Below, piece by piece: positions 1-10,295 of a stretch of DNA of 64,000 nt. A program made the position numbers and the translations under genes. Origin of the DNA: a virus (lineage: Duplodnaviria > Caudoviricetes); the IMG/VR virus record IMGVR_UViG_2974784921_000001, positions 4,060-68,059 of that record. One strand, given 5' to 3'. The notes below the pieces were generated by a model, which saw only the letters and a list, made by a program, of their open reading frames with translations, was not told the DNA's origin and did not search any database. Each line of letters starts with the position of its first letter. Positions within the stretch are counted from its first letter, which is position 1.

Positions 1-2367
1 GAACTGGAAGTAGATAGCTTTGTATTTGACCCAGTAACTGGTGAGCTAGAGCTGAAAGCTAATGGTGTTACGTTTAGTGTTACCTTGGTTTACCCTACGG
101 ATTTGTTTAATAAAGGTAGATACTCAGTAGGTAAGGCATACAGCACTGTAAATGACTACTTTATCTATATAGTGGATGATGAGCCACGAGAGGTATTCCT
201 GAAGGATGGTGTAGATGTCCCTTATGTTATTTCATTGGCTGACCCAAGAAATGATAGTAACTTACTGGTTACCTCGCATATTACTGAAAACAATATTAGT
301 GACTATACAGATATTGTCTACGGGTCTGTTAATGATTTGATTTTAGGTAATCCAATTCCAGCAACAATTAATAGCAAAGTTAAATCAGGGTTAACTCGCT
401 GGGAAATTGTTAATTACCCAAAATATACACTACCACAAGCAACAAGAACTAAGGAGTTTAAAACTTTACCTTTAGATAATGGCTTGTATGCGTACCCTAT
501 CGGTGATTTATTTGTTGAAGATTTTTGTTCTGATTCAGTAACAGCAGATAACGACGACGGGATTGGATTACTTGCTTCTGTTGCTCGCGATGGAATTAAA
601 ATTAATCCTAATGGTAAAGAGTTTCGAGTGTTTGCAAATGTAGCTGGCATCGTGGCTTCAACTGCAACGCCAGAAACTGATAACGCTGGCGATAAAACAA
701 AAATGCTCTACTTTGATGGATTTTATAATCTTCAATTTGGCGCAGGTGGTTTTTACGCAGCAAACCAAGAAACTTCAGATACTAAAATGTACTTCCCATC
801 AACGCTTACTCTCATTAACTGCGTAGATACTATATATGATGCAGGTGCAACCTTTGAGGGTAAAGGTGAGAACTGGGGTGCTTCTGATAGCTCAGCTTTC
901 CCTGCGTCGAAGTATCCAGATATGACTGACCAAGAAAGATTTGATAGACGTCTTGAGTTTTGCGGAACTAACGGTGGACATGCAATTTACCACGGTAGAT
1001 GTGATGGGATTACTGGTTCACCTGTTGGGAGAAAATGCGGCTCTGTAGCTGCAATTTACTTTTCATCAACTAGAGGAATTGCTCTTGATTCACCATTTGC
1101 TAATGCTGGTTCTCTTGGTTACGCGGCATACACGGCTGATGCATGGGTTGGTAGTTTGGCGTACGTAGGATTTAAAGACTTCCACGGAACTATTAACAAC
1201 CCTCGCGCACACGCAGAGCTAACATTACGCCGTGAAGATGGTGTACAAGCTGGCTCATCAACATACGCTGGCAAAGGCGGCGTTCTAACTGAAGATGCTG
1301 GGGTTAGTTTAACCACTACAGGCGGATATATCGCTGATATGTATGCCAACCCTGCTAATAAATTATTGGGTTATGCTTTTGGCTCTGGTTCTGGCTCTAT
1401 CTGCAAATCTACTGGCGCTATGGTTAGAAACTGTCAAGAAGTTGCTTTTGCTAACTGTGCAACCAATGATAAAACGATCTGCACAGTGACAGAAGTTGAC
1501 GCAGTTGTAGGATTGACTGGGATTATGTTTGACGATCAACCTTTCGGAACGTCTCATGTCACCTTAAAAGGCAAAGTGCGGGTTAATAACTCGCGAGTGT
1601 GGGCAGGTGAAAGCGAAACTCTAGCGAATACAAGCTTAGTTGCATCTTTAAAAGTTACATCTGGGGCATTTGCGACTGTGGATTGTGATGCTCGCGGAGA
1701 TGAAAGCCCGCCGGACGGCTCAGTTGGTCTAATCTTTTCTCTTATAAGCAATACGAAAGACGCTTGTTACGGCGGAGTTTCCATTGAGGGCGGAGATTAC
1801 AAAACAAACGGCTACCTAATCCGCAGTAAGGGATGGGGAGGCTCTACACCATCAAATAACGGGTTAATAATATCTGGCGGGGCAAGAATCCTAGACCTAT
1901 CATCTGCGGGTCTTGATAGCTACATAAGCTACACAAACCAAGATGACAACGGAGTATTTACATACGTTTACCACGACTTGAGAGATTGCTTTATTCAAAC
2001 AAGGAACTGGAGAACTCTAGACTGGAGCTTAAAAGGTAGCAATCTTGATACTTTAATTAGAATTCCAGACAGAATGAGGAACTGTTACAGTCTTTCTAAT
2101 AACTATGACTTTGGTGAAAGAAGTGTGAAGGTTTTAAGTACTGAACTTAGTGGTGAGGATACAGTGCTTAATCTTGAGCTAGTAAATGGCCGAACATTTA
2201 GAAGTAAGGACATAACATCAAATTCAGGGATAATAAGAATAGCAGGTAGATTAGGGAGTTATGATACCTCTGATAATGTACTTACGGTTAAGTACAAACT
2301 TACAGGTGGTGATATACGCTCAGACTTTACCGTTGATACTACTTACGGTTTGCCGGGGAACTTCTAA
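1..2367 (+). CDS. Tail fibre/tailspike (receptor-binding) protein 1, 5'-truncated by the window
   Basis: Frame 1 is open from base 1, so the TTG at 85 is not the true start. Long Gly/Ser/Thr/Asn-rich beta-type sequence in the late tail region. Confidence 0.7.
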   Translation, partial: ELEVDSFVFDPVTGELELKANGVTFSVTLVYPTDLFNKGRYSVGKAYSTVNDYFIYIVDDEPREVFLKDGVDVPYVISLADPRNDSNLLVTSHITENNISDYTDIVYGSVNDLILGNPIPATINSKVKSGLTRWEIVNYPKYTLPQATRTKEFKTLPLDNGLYAYPIGDLFVEDFCSDSVTADNDDGIGLLASVARDGIKINPNGKEFRVFANVAGIVASTATPETDNAGDKTKMLYFDGFYNLQFGAGGFYAANQETSDTKMYFPSTLTLINCVDTIYDAGATFEGKGENWGASDSSAFPASKYPDMTDQERFDRRLEFCGTNGGHAIYHGRCDGITGSPVGRKCGSVAAIYFSSTRGIALDSPFANAGSLGYAAYTADAWVGSLAYVGFKDFHGTINNPRAHAELTLRREDGVQAGSSTYAGKGGVLTEDAGVSLTTTGGYIADMYANPANKLLGYAFGSGSGSICKSTGAMVRNCQEVAFANCATNDKTICTVTEVDAVVGLTGIMFDDQPFGTSHVTLKGKVRVNNSRVWAGESETLANTSLVASLKVTSGAFATVDCDARGDESPPDGSVGLIFSLISNTKDACYGGVSIEGGDYKTNGYLIRSKGWGGSTPSNNGLIISGGARILDLSSAGLDSYISYTNQDDNGVFTYVYHDLRDCFIQTRNWRTLDWSLKGSNLDTLIRIPDRMRNCYSLSNNYDFGERSVKVLSTELSGEDTVLNLELVNGRTFRSKDITSNSGIIRIAGRLGSYDTSDNVLTVKYKLTGGDIRSDFTVDTTYGLPGNF

Positions 2368-2540
2368 TGAAAATTAAATGTAAAAAAACACTAATACTTA
2401 AGCCAACAAATATTGAGGCTATAACGGCTGGTGTTGAATATGAGGTAGCCAACAAGGACGAATGGGGTACACTTATCATTAACAATGAAGGAGTTAAACA
2501 TCATTTTGATGATGTAGACTTGGCAATTTACTTTGAATAA
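2367..2540 (+). CDS. 57 aa protein, possible tail fibre accessory/chaperone (not in ORF track)
   Basis: ATG overlaps the upstream stop (TAATG). MKIKCKKTLILKPTNIEAITAGVEYEV...AIYFE, followed by a hairpin. Confidence 0.65.
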   Translation: MKIKCKKTLILKPTNIEAITAGVEYEVANKDEWGTLIINNEGVKHHFDDVDLAIYFE

Positions 2541-2545
2541 ATAAA

Positions 2546-2569
2546 AACCCCTAGCTTCGGTTAGGGGTT
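2546..2569. terminator. Terminator-like hairpin
   Basis: AACCCCTAGC-TTCG-GTTAGGGGTT with a preceding A-run and a weak + strand U tract. Confidence 0.65.
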
Positions 2570-2630
2570 ACTTCTACTTAAAATACTTTACTATATACTC
2601 AAGGAGTATTTGGTTTAGGAGATACTGATT

Positions 2631-4790
2631 ATGTTTACATTTAAGAGTGTTACTCAGTTACTTGAGCAATCCCTGTTAGTAGGGGATGTGGTTCAAGTAT
2701 TGGGTGAGACAAGTGAAGGAGATAGCCAAGTCCTTCATGGCAGGGTTTACCCTAGAGACTATGTAACCACTAACCGAGTGGTTGTACTGGCTAATAGTAA
2801 TAAGGTTGTGTTGAATCCTGTAGCAGCTTCTGACAGTTATGTTTACAAGGGTAATATATCTACTGTAGTAGGTACTGAATTACCTTACAGTGCACGTTAC
2901 AATGCGTATCAGTACCCAGATAACTCTGACCAGTGGTATGCACCCATACAGGACCAGTCATTTCCAATTACAATCCCTGCTGACCCAGAATCTAGTGATG
3001 CTTGGGTAGTAGTTAATGCTTTGACCATAGACGGTTTGGGTTCCATCTCAAACTACGAATTTGACAGCGTTGCAGATGCTGTAGCTAATAAATTTAAAGT
3101 TTCTTATGTAGGTGGAATGAAGTTAAGAACAACGTCGTACTATGGAGAGTCGGCTTATACAGGCAAGCGTTATGGTGGCGCTGACTATATTGTAACTGTA
3201 AGTGATGCTGACAAGGTAGCGGCAGGCATTCAAGTGAACTTGGTTGGTATGCTTGCAATGGAGCTAGTTGACTATAACGACGTTTACATTAGCCAGATTG
3301 GTGCACTTGATTCGTCGTCTCAAGACGCAGTGACGAAAATACAGCCGTATGTGAATTACTTCAGAAATCAAAAAGACTCATTCAGATTAAAGATTGAGTT
3401 AACGACTTACTTTTTCTCAACTACTCTTGATTTGTCTAACTTTGGTAACAACTCATCAATTACAATTGAGGGTGTATCAAAGACTAGAATTAATAGTCGA
3501 GGTACTGGCTCTATTATCTATGGTAATACTGGCAACAATAACCCAGTGATAAACCATGCGGGTTCTGAAAATGTAAATTTGGATAAGTTCTCTATTTTTA
3601 GTGCGGCGGCAACTCCTACGCTTGGCTCTCCTTCCACTCTAGGTATTTTGATGGCAAGGACCGCAACTAAACCATATTGTCAGTTTATTAACCTAAACAA
3701 GATTCATATTGACTTGGTTAGTATTCCAACTGTTAACAATAACTATGGCTCGATTGGTGTTTATAACTACGCATCAGAAACGCACGGATGGTCAGACGTA
3801 TCAATTGCAGCAGATACGCCAATGATAATGACCACAACTAACATTGCTGGAATTACTTACAACGATTATTTTGACAACACAGGAAAAGAGTCTCAAAACA
3901 CAACAACGAATTTCAACTATGACAATTTGCAGCTTTATCCTAAGACATACAGTCCTTTGATTCTTGATATTGTCAGGGATTTAGAAGTTAACACATACCT
4001 AGCATTCGGTGAGTCTTTGCTAGAAAAATACGTCGTTGAAATGCAAGGAATTCTACCTAACCGACGAATTAAAATTAAAAACATTCACTCTGAATACATT
4101 CGAAGAGGATTTAGAGTTTCCGCTCCGCTTCTTGAGTCTAAGTTTGAGGGTAAGTTAGGGGCAAGCAATACCGACATAATGACTCTTGTGACCGGTGACG
4201 GCAGAATGAGCCAAGTGGACTTTGAGTGTTTCAACGTGACTGGCGGCGGTGCAGTAACTTTGATTAAAGACAACACATCTAATGAGTCTTTTGATGTGAC
4301 GGTTAAAATGTGCAAGGAAACTAACGGACCTAATGTTCCAGTGGCTTACGATTTAGGCTCAGCGATTTACAATGAACTGCGCATCCACCACGATTACTCG
4401 TGGCAGACTGTAAATGATGCAATTACCTCAGTCCCTCAAAATCAAATAATCATCCATGGTAGAGATGGTGTTTATTATCGAGGAACATTCTACCGAGGTA
4501 CAACAGCAACCAGACCTGTTGAAGGTTTATTTATAGGTAAAGTGTACTACGACACTACGTTAGATGGAGAAGTAGTATGGAACGGTACTTTTTGGAATGA
4601 AAGCAACGTTGTAATTAAGGCAACAACGGCAGAGCTAGAAGATAAAACTAGCAATATAAATACAGTTAACAAAACCATCTACAAGAAGGTTTTAAATACA
4701 GATACAGTTGCAACTGTTACTGCATCAGGAACTAGCAGTACTTCGACATGGCGTAACGCTCTTGGCGCTGTAGCTCACACACCAGTATAG
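2631..4790 (+). CDS. Tail fibre/tailspike protein 2 (probable beta-helix)
   Basis: AGGAG SD. Central N/I/S-rich repetitive beta region. C-terminal GTTATRP...GKVYYDTTL...WNG motif typical of phage tailspikes. Confidence 0.75.
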   Translation: MFTFKSVTQLLEQSLLVGDVVQVLGETSEGDSQVLHGRVYPRDYVTTNRVVVLANSNKVVLNPVAASDSYVYKGNISTVVGTELPYSARYNAYQYPDNSDQWYAPIQDQSFPITIPADPESSDAWVVVNALTIDGLGSISNYEFDSVADAVANKFKVSYVGGMKLRTTSYYGESAYTGKRYGGADYIVTVSDADKVAAGIQVNLVGMLAMELVDYNDVYISQIGALDSSSQDAVTKIQPYVNYFRNQKDSFRLKIELTTYFFSTTLDLSNFGNNSSITIEGVSKTRINSRGTGSIIYGNTGNNNPVINHAGSENVNLDKFSIFSAAATPTLGSPSTLGILMARTATKPYCQFINLNKIHIDLVSIPTVNNNYGSIGVYNYASETHGWSDVSIAADTPMIMTTTNIAGITYNDYFDNTGKESQNTTTNFNYDNLQLYPKTYSPLILDIVRDLEVNTYLAFGESLLEKYVVEMQGILPNRRIKIKNIHSEYIRRGFRVSAPLLESKFEGKLGASNTDIMTLVTGDGRMSQVDFECFNVTGGGAVTLIKDNTSNESFDVTVKMCKETNGPNVPVAYDLGSAIYNELRIHHDYSWQTVNDAITSVPQNQIIIHGRDGVYYRGTFYRGTTATRPVEGLFIGKVYYDTTLDGEVVWNGTFWNESNVVIKATTAELEDKTSNINTVNKTIYKKVLNTDTVATVTASGTSSTSTWRNALGAVAHTPV

Positions 4791-4801
4791 GAAACGAGAC
4801 A

Positions 4802-5050
4802 ATGATTAATGCTGATTATGTTTTTCACGGAACCAAGATAAACGTGAATGTAAGAGTCGGGGCTATGTCTTACATGCATAACCCAAAGAAGAAGTGGGTT
4901 TTTAATGTGTCTCTAATATCAGATTCAGAGATTATACCAATTTCTAAAGTCTACTCAGTTGATTACATTGAAGGTGCAGACCCAATAAAACAAGCTTACA
5001 TAGAGGTTAAAAACTCAGGAGATTTCACCAACATTACTGAGTTCGTATAA
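4802..5050 (+). CDS. Small tail fibre accessory protein
   Basis: 82 aa ORF directly after the tailspike gene with an AGGA SD. Confidence 0.6.
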   Translation: MINADYVFHGTKINVNVRVGAMSYMHNPKKKWVFNVSLISDSEIIPISKVYSVDYIEGADPIKQAYIEVKNSGDFTNITEFV

Positions 5051-5055
5051 ATAAA

Positions 5056-5085
5056 AACCCCTAGCATTAACTAGGGGTTCTTTTT
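5056..5085. terminator. Bidirectional rho-independent terminator
   Basis: AACCCCTAG-CATTAA-CTAGGGGTT flanked by A-run and T-run, between convergent genes. Confidence 0.8.
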
Positions 5086-5467
5086 ACTTATCTTTACCCA
5101 TTTCATCAAGTTTGGACAGTATAGAATCTACACCTTTGGACACGTAACCAAGGTCTCTTTTCATTATTTCCACGTCAACGTTGAGTCTGTTGTAATGAGC
5201 GGATAATTCGGAGGTGGTTACTTCAAGTGTACTGACCCTAGGGGGTAAGGTCATGTAGGATTGGATTACTTTCTCTAGTGCTTCTATTTCAGCTTGTTGT
5301 TTCTTTTGTGTATCCTCTTGAGCCAACACTTTCTGATCTGTTAGGGCATGGTGGTTAGTCATATCCTGTACAAATCCAAAGTATCCTCCTACACCTAATA
5401 TCAATGTAGGGAGTAGTGCAATGAAGATAGCAAAAGCTTTACTCTCTGGTACTTTGTCGCTCGCCAT
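5084..5467 (-). CDS. Membrane-anchored coiled-coil protein (possible lysis accessory)
   Basis: One N-terminal TM helix (AFAIFIALLPTLILGVGGYFGF) then a coiled coil; GAGGA SD. Confidence 0.6.
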   Translation of the reverse strand: MASDKVPESKAFAIFIALLPTLILGVGGYFGFVQDMTNHHALTDQKVLAQEDTQKKQQAEIEALEKVIQSYMTLPPRVSTLEVTTSELSAHYNRLNVDVEIMKRDLGYVSKGVDSILSKLDEMGKDK

Positions 5468-5506
5468 ATATAATTCCTCTGGTGTAGTACATTAACTATG
5501 CTTTAG

Positions 5507-5512
5507 TATAAT
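5507..5512 (+). promoter_or_regulatory. Possible -10 element of a late (host RNAP) promoter
   Basis: Perfect TATAAT 33 nt before the portal ATG in a divergent intergenic region; no good -35. Confidence 0.3.
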
Positions 5513-5544
5513 ATTCAAATTAAAAGCTTCCATAGGATATACCA

Positions 5545-7599
5545 ATGACTGACTACAGTAAAAAACCAACTTTAGATGAGTTGAAGAAAAACTTCATAGG
5601 AGCTGAATACCTCCATGCTACTCAATGTGAAAAAATAGATAGCTGGTTAGATTTAATGTTCATTACCAATGGAGAAAAATTCCAAGGTAAGCCAAATAAA
5701 TCTAAGGTTCAGCCAAAGGTTGTAAGGCAACAAGCTGAATGGAGATATGCAGTTTTAAGTGAACCACTACTTAGTACAGAAGATATGTTTAGAATAAAAC
5801 CTCGTACTGGTTTGGATAGGTCTTGTGCTAAGCAGAACCAACTCATTCTTAATTACCAGTTCAATGAGCAACTGGATAAGGTGACTATGGTGGATACCTA
5901 TATTCGTGCATTGGTTAACGAAGGTACTGCTATTGCTAAGGTTGGCTGGTTAGAAGACTGCGACAAGATAGAGGTAGAAGTTCCTAAGTATGATTATCGT
6001 TATGCTGATGCTGCACTAGGACCAATCATTCAAGAAGCGTTACAGAACTACTTTAGAGAACCTAATAGTATTGAGAGTTTACCTCCAGTACTTCAAGAGT
6101 CAGTTATGAAATCTGCTGAAAGAAATGAACTGATTCAAGCCGTCTTAGTTGGTTCAGAAACCAAGACCATTAAGCAGACTCATTACAATGGACCTACAGT
6201 AGAGTTCTGTGACTATCGCAATGTACGTATTGACCCTACATGTGGTGGAGACTTCTCTAAGGCTCAGTTTGTGGTTCATTCATATGACGCTAGTTTGTCT
6301 GACCTTGAAAAGACAGGTAACTATGATTTGTCTGAGCTAAAGCAAGAACCATCAAGTGAGCCGGTTACTACGGATGGTCATGAAGTGTTAGGTGATGATA
6401 GTTTTAGCTTTGATGATAAAGCACGTAAGAAATTCACTGTGTATGAGTACTGGGGTTACTATGACCTCCATGATACAGGTAAGACAGTACCTATGGTTGC
6501 TGCTTGGGTAGAGAATACTATGATACGTTGTGAGGAGTCTCCATTTCCTCATAGCAAGCTCCCATTCGTAGTGGTTCCATATCTACCGGTTAAGAATTCA
6601 GTCTATGGAGAAGCTGATGCAGAGCTTATAGCGGATAACCAACGTATCATTGGTGCATTAACTCGAAGCATGATAGATACCTTTGCCAGTACAGCAGCAG
6701 GTCAGAAAGGTTATTCTAAGGGTGCTATGGACTACAATAATCAACGTAGATTTAAGGCTGGAGAGGATTTTGAATATAATCCGGGAGCTAATCCAGATGC
6801 TACTATATGGACTGCTAAACAGCAGGAGCTACCTGTAAGTGCATTCAACATGCTGATGCAACAGAACAATGATGCTTCAGCTATGACAGGTGTACAGCCA
6901 TTTGGTGCTAGTGGTATCTCAGGTGATAGCTATGGTTCAACAGCTACAGGGGTAACAGCAGCAGTAGGTGCTCAAGCTAAACGTGAATTTGGTATATCAC
7001 GTAGAGTGGTAAGAGGACTTAAAGAAATTGCTAACATGATTACTGCTATGAACTCTGAATGGTTAGATGACGAAGAAGTTATTCGAATCACTGATGATGA
7101 GTTTGTGACAATCAATAGAGATAATCTTGTAGGTAATTATGATATTTCACTGACTGTTAGTACTCAGGAAACAGATACACTAAAAAGTAATCAATTGGCA
7201 TTTATGCTTCAAACCATGGGACAAACATTGCCATTTGATATGACCCAATTAATCTTTGAAGATATTGCTGAATTAAATAGAATGCCTTCATTAGCTAAAA
7301 AGATTAGGGATTATAAACCTGAACCAACTCCAGAACAGCAAATAGAATTAGCTAAGTTACAACTTGAGTTAGAAGAAAAGAAACTACAATTGGCTAAACT
7401 ACAGTCAGAAACTGACTTAAATAGAGAAAAAACTAGAGAAGTAGCTTCCAAAACTGATTTAAATAACTTAGAGTACATTCATAATGAACAAGGTGTTGAT
7501 CATGCAAGGGATATGGAAAAACAACAAGCCCAAGCAGAAGCAAACACTAAACGAGATGCGTTTAACGCAGCACTTAAAAATACCACCAATGAAGGATAA
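5545..7599 (+). CDS. Portal protein (N4 gp59-like)
   Basis: KSKVQPKVVRQQAEWRY and VYEYWGYYD motifs as recalled for N4-like portals; synteny. Confidence 0.92.
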   Translation: MTDYSKKPTLDELKKNFIGAEYLHATQCEKIDSWLDLMFITNGEKFQGKPNKSKVQPKVVRQQAEWRYAVLSEPLLSTEDMFRIKPRTGLDRSCAKQNQLILNYQFNEQLDKVTMVDTYIRALVNEGTAIAKVGWLEDCDKIEVEVPKYDYRYADAALGPIIQEALQNYFREPNSIESLPPVLQESVMKSAERNELIQAVLVGSETKTIKQTHYNGPTVEFCDYRNVRIDPTCGGDFSKAQFVVHSYDASLSDLEKTGNYDLSELKQEPSSEPVTTDGHEVLGDDSFSFDDKARKKFTVYEYWGYYDLHDTGKTVPMVAAWVENTMIRCEESPFPHSKLPFVVVPYLPVKNSVYGEADAELIADNQRIIGALTRSMIDTFASTAAGQKGYSKGAMDYNNQRRFKAGEDFEYNPGANPDATIWTAKQQELPVSAFNMLMQQNNDASAMTGVQPFGASGISGDSYGSTATGVTAAVGAQAKREFGISRRVVRGLKEIANMITAMNSEWLDDEEVIRITDDEFVTINRDNLVGNYDISLTVSTQETDTLKSNQLAFMLQTMGQTLPFDMTQLIFEDIAELNRMPSLAKKIRDYKPEPTPEQQIELAKLQLELEEKKLQLAKLQSETDLNREKTREVASKTDLNNLEYIHNEQGVDHARDMEKQQAQAEANTKRDAFNAALKNTTNEG

Positions 7600-7604
7600 A
7601 GATT

Positions 7605-7946
7605 ATGTCTAATTTACAACTAGCACTAGAACAGTTTGCACTAGCAGAAGAAAAGGCAAAACAAGCTATTGAGTTTGGTAACCATCTTACTGCTCTAGAA
7701 AGTAATAAAGACTTCCAAGCTCTATTGGGCAAACTGGATGAAGAAAGTCTTAACATGACTAAAGCTCTGGCTTACCCTCAATCTCGTGAAGCAGCATCAG
7801 GTATCCTTGGTGGTATCTCTCGTTTCCATTGCTTACTTGAAGAGTGGAAGCGTGAAAACAATGAAGCTGTACGTTTTCTTGAGCAAGCACCTCAGCAACG
7901 TCAAGACATTATTGACGAGCATACAGAAGTAGATACTGCGGAGTAA
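7605..7946 (+). CDS. N4 gp58-like protein
   Basis: 113 aa helical ORF between portal and gp57-like gene; synteny. Confidence 0.65.
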   Translation: MSNLQLALEQFALAEEKAKQAIEFGNHLTALESNKDFQALLGKLDEESLNMTKALAYPQSREAASGILGGISRFHCLLEEWKRENNEAVRFLEQAPQQRQDIIDEHTEVDTAE

Positions 7947-7952
7947 TAGACT

Positions 7953-8984
7953 ATGAATTCAGAACAAATTGCAAATATGTCAGATGAAGAAATCCTAAAT
8001 ATGGATTGGTCATTTGATGCAGAAGATTCTGATACGTCTAGTGATATTACTGAAGACACTGGCTCTGATGAGCCAGTTGTTGACCTTTCAGAAGAAGACA
8101 CTCTAGATGAACCTGAGCAAGAAATTGAACAGGATGAAGAAGTAGAAGAATCTGAAGAAGTAGAAGAACAAGATACACCGGAAGAAGTTGAAGATAGTGT
8201 TGAACCATCTGAACTTGATAAGCTGGTCGGTGTACCTATTGAGCATCAAGGTAAAACTATTACCCTTAACAGTGTTGATGAAGTATTGGCTATGGTTAAG
8301 CAGAGTATGGCTCTGTCTTCTCAAGTTACGTCAATGGAAGTTCATGAACCATTGATTGCTATGCTAGAAGAGAATCAGTTACTTGATTCTAGTAAGTTAA
8401 GTATGGCTATTGATTTGCTAAATGGTAATCCTGATGCTATTCGTAAATTGATTGCGGATAAACAAATTAGTATGGATGATATTGACTCTGAAACAGAGAA
8501 TAAATATCAACCATCAGATAAATCTCTATCTCAGGAAAAAATTAAATTATCCAATACACTTAAGAAGCTCCAAGAATCTTCAGAAGGTGTTCAGGTAATT
8601 AATACGATTGCTAACTGGGATGAACAGAGTAAAAACTTGTTGTCTAAACATCCTGAAAATCTTAACCATCTGGAAGCACATGTTAGAGACGGTACTTTCA
8701 CTAAAGTGGTGGGTGAGATTGAACGTCAGAAGATGTTAGGACAGTTACCTCAGTCAACTCCTATGGCTCAAGCTTATCAGCATGTCCTAGGTTTAATGAT
8801 GCAACAACAGCAGCAATCACAACCGGAGGAGAAGGTAGTACCTGATACTCCTACTAAACCAAAGAAATCTAAAGCTCGCGCACAATCTGTAAGTAATGCA
8901 ACAACCGCAGGAAGTAAACCTAACTATACTCCTGAAGATGTTGCTAACATGACAGATGAGCAGGTTTTAAAATTGTTTAACTAA
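7953..8984 (+). CDS. N4 gp57-like protein (scaffold; often annotated as tape measure)
   Basis: Acidic N-terminus, repeated NMSDEE/NMTDEQ ends, directly upstream of the capsid gene. Confidence 0.8.
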   Translation: MNSEQIANMSDEEILNMDWSFDAEDSDTSSDITEDTGSDEPVVDLSEEDTLDEPEQEIEQDEEVEESEEVEEQDTPEEVEDSVEPSELDKLVGVPIEHQGKTITLNSVDEVLAMVKQSMALSSQVTSMEVHEPLIAMLEENQLLDSSKLSMAIDLLNGNPDAIRKLIADKQISMDDIDSETENKYQPSDKSLSQEKIKLSNTLKKLQESSEGVQVINTIANWDEQSKNLLSKHPENLNHLEAHVRDGTFTKVVGEIERQKMLGQLPQSTPMAQAYQHVLGLMMQQQQQSQPEEKVVPDTPTKPKKSKARAQSVSNATTAGSKPNYTPEDVANMTDEQVLKLFN

Positions 8985-8994
8985 GGAATAAATT

Positions 8995-10227
8995 ATGGCT
9001 AATGATGCTAACAAAGGTCAGATGATCTATAACCAAGGTACTGATGCAAACCCTTCTACTATCGGTAAGCAGTGGAACACATTCGTGATGGACCGAAAGG
9101 CTATCATTGATGCTGCTGATGAAGCGTATTTTGGTCAGCTATCGAGTACAACCAAGATGCCTAAGCATATGGGTAAGACGATTAAGAAACAAATCTTCAT
9201 GCCATTGCTAGATGACCGAAACGTCAATGACCAAGGTATTGATGCTGATGGTGCTAAGATTGCTAACGGTAACCTATATGGTTCAAGCAAAGATACCACC
9301 TCTATCCTAGCAGCAATGCCTACTCTGTCTGAGTACGGTGGTCGAGTAAACCGTGTTGGTTTCCATCGTGAACTAATTGAAGGTACTTTCCAAGAGTACG
9401 GCTTCTTCTACGAATTCACTAAAGACTCTCTAGACTTCGATTCTGATGCAGACCTAATGGCTAAGATTCGTCGTGAAGCAATTGTAGGTGCAAACAAACT
9501 GAATGAAGATAACATCCAAGCTGACCTATTGAATGGTGCTGGTGTTGTTATGTATGCAGGTGCTGCAACATCTGATGCAGAGATTACTGGTGAAGGTGAT
9601 GACATCTCCGAAGTATCTTACAATGACCTAATGAAACTGAATAAGATTCTGGATGATAACAAGACTCCTAAGACTCTACGTTTCATCTCTGGTTCACGTA
9701 TGACGGATACTAAGACTATCCCTGCAGCTCGTGCAATGTTCATTGGTACTGATGTAGAGCTAATGATTCGTGATATGAAGGATAACTTCGGTGAGCGTGC
9801 ATTTGTACCTGTAGAGAAGTATGCAGCAGGTGGTACTCTTCTACGTGGTGAGGTAGGTACTATCGGTCAATTCCGTCTTATCTCTATCCTGAACATGCAG
9901 AAGGGTGCAGGTAAAGGTGCAACAGCTACAGAAGCTAATGCTGGTTACCACACTACTGACGTATCAGGTACTGACAAGTACGATGTATTCCCTATGCTGG
10001 TTGTAGGTGGTTCAGATACATACGGTGCTCCATTTACTACTATTGGTTTCCAAACTTCAGGTACATCTAACAAGTTTGAAATCATTACTCGTATGCCGGG
10101 TAAAGAGACTGCTGACCGATTTGACCCATACGGCAAATCAGGATTCAGTTCTATCCAATGGTGGTACGGTATGCTACTAGAGCGTACAGAGCGTATTGCT
10201 AAGATTCAAACAGTTGCACGTATGTAA
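8995..10227 (+). CDS. Major capsid protein (N4 gp56-like)
   Basis: MPKHMGKTIK, PLLDDRNVNDQGIDA, GNLYGSSKD, GGRVNRVGF and DPYGKSGFSSIQWWYG motifs of the N4-gp56 family. Confidence 0.97.
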   Translation: MANDANKGQMIYNQGTDANPSTIGKQWNTFVMDRKAIIDAADEAYFGQLSSTTKMPKHMGKTIKKQIFMPLLDDRNVNDQGIDADGAKIANGNLYGSSKDTTSILAAMPTLSEYGGRVNRVGFHRELIEGTFQEYGFFYEFTKDSLDFDSDADLMAKIRREAIVGANKLNEDNIQADLLNGAGVVMYAGAATSDAEITGEGDDISEVSYNDLMKLNKILDDNKTPKTLRFISGSRMTDTKTIPAARAMFIGTDVELMIRDMKDNFGERAFVPVEKYAAGGTLLRGEVGTIGQFRLISILNMQKGAGKGATATEANAGYHTTDVSGTDKYDVFPMLVVGGSDTYGAPFTTIGFQTSGTSNKFEIITRMPGKETADRFDPYGKSGFSSIQWWYGMLLERTERIAKIQTVARM

Positions 10228-10246
10228 CAAATAATAATATGATGAT

Positions 10247-10273
10247 GACTCTCCTTCGGGAGAGTCTCTATTT
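10247..10273 (+). terminator. Terminator/attenuator hairpin after the capsid gene
   Basis: GACTCTCC-TTCG-GGAGAGTC followed by TCTATTT. Confidence 0.7.
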
Positions 10274-10295
10274 ACACCACACAAGGATTATCACA

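Noticed and set aside
7953-8230. Very acidic N-terminus as a possible DNA mimic
   Set aside because: Expected feature of the gp57-like scaffold in the late structural operon.
8103-8324. Phe-rich minus-strand ORF that looks like a membrane protein (also 25958-26167 on +)
   Set aside because: Reverse complement of GAA-rich acidic stretches of real genes.
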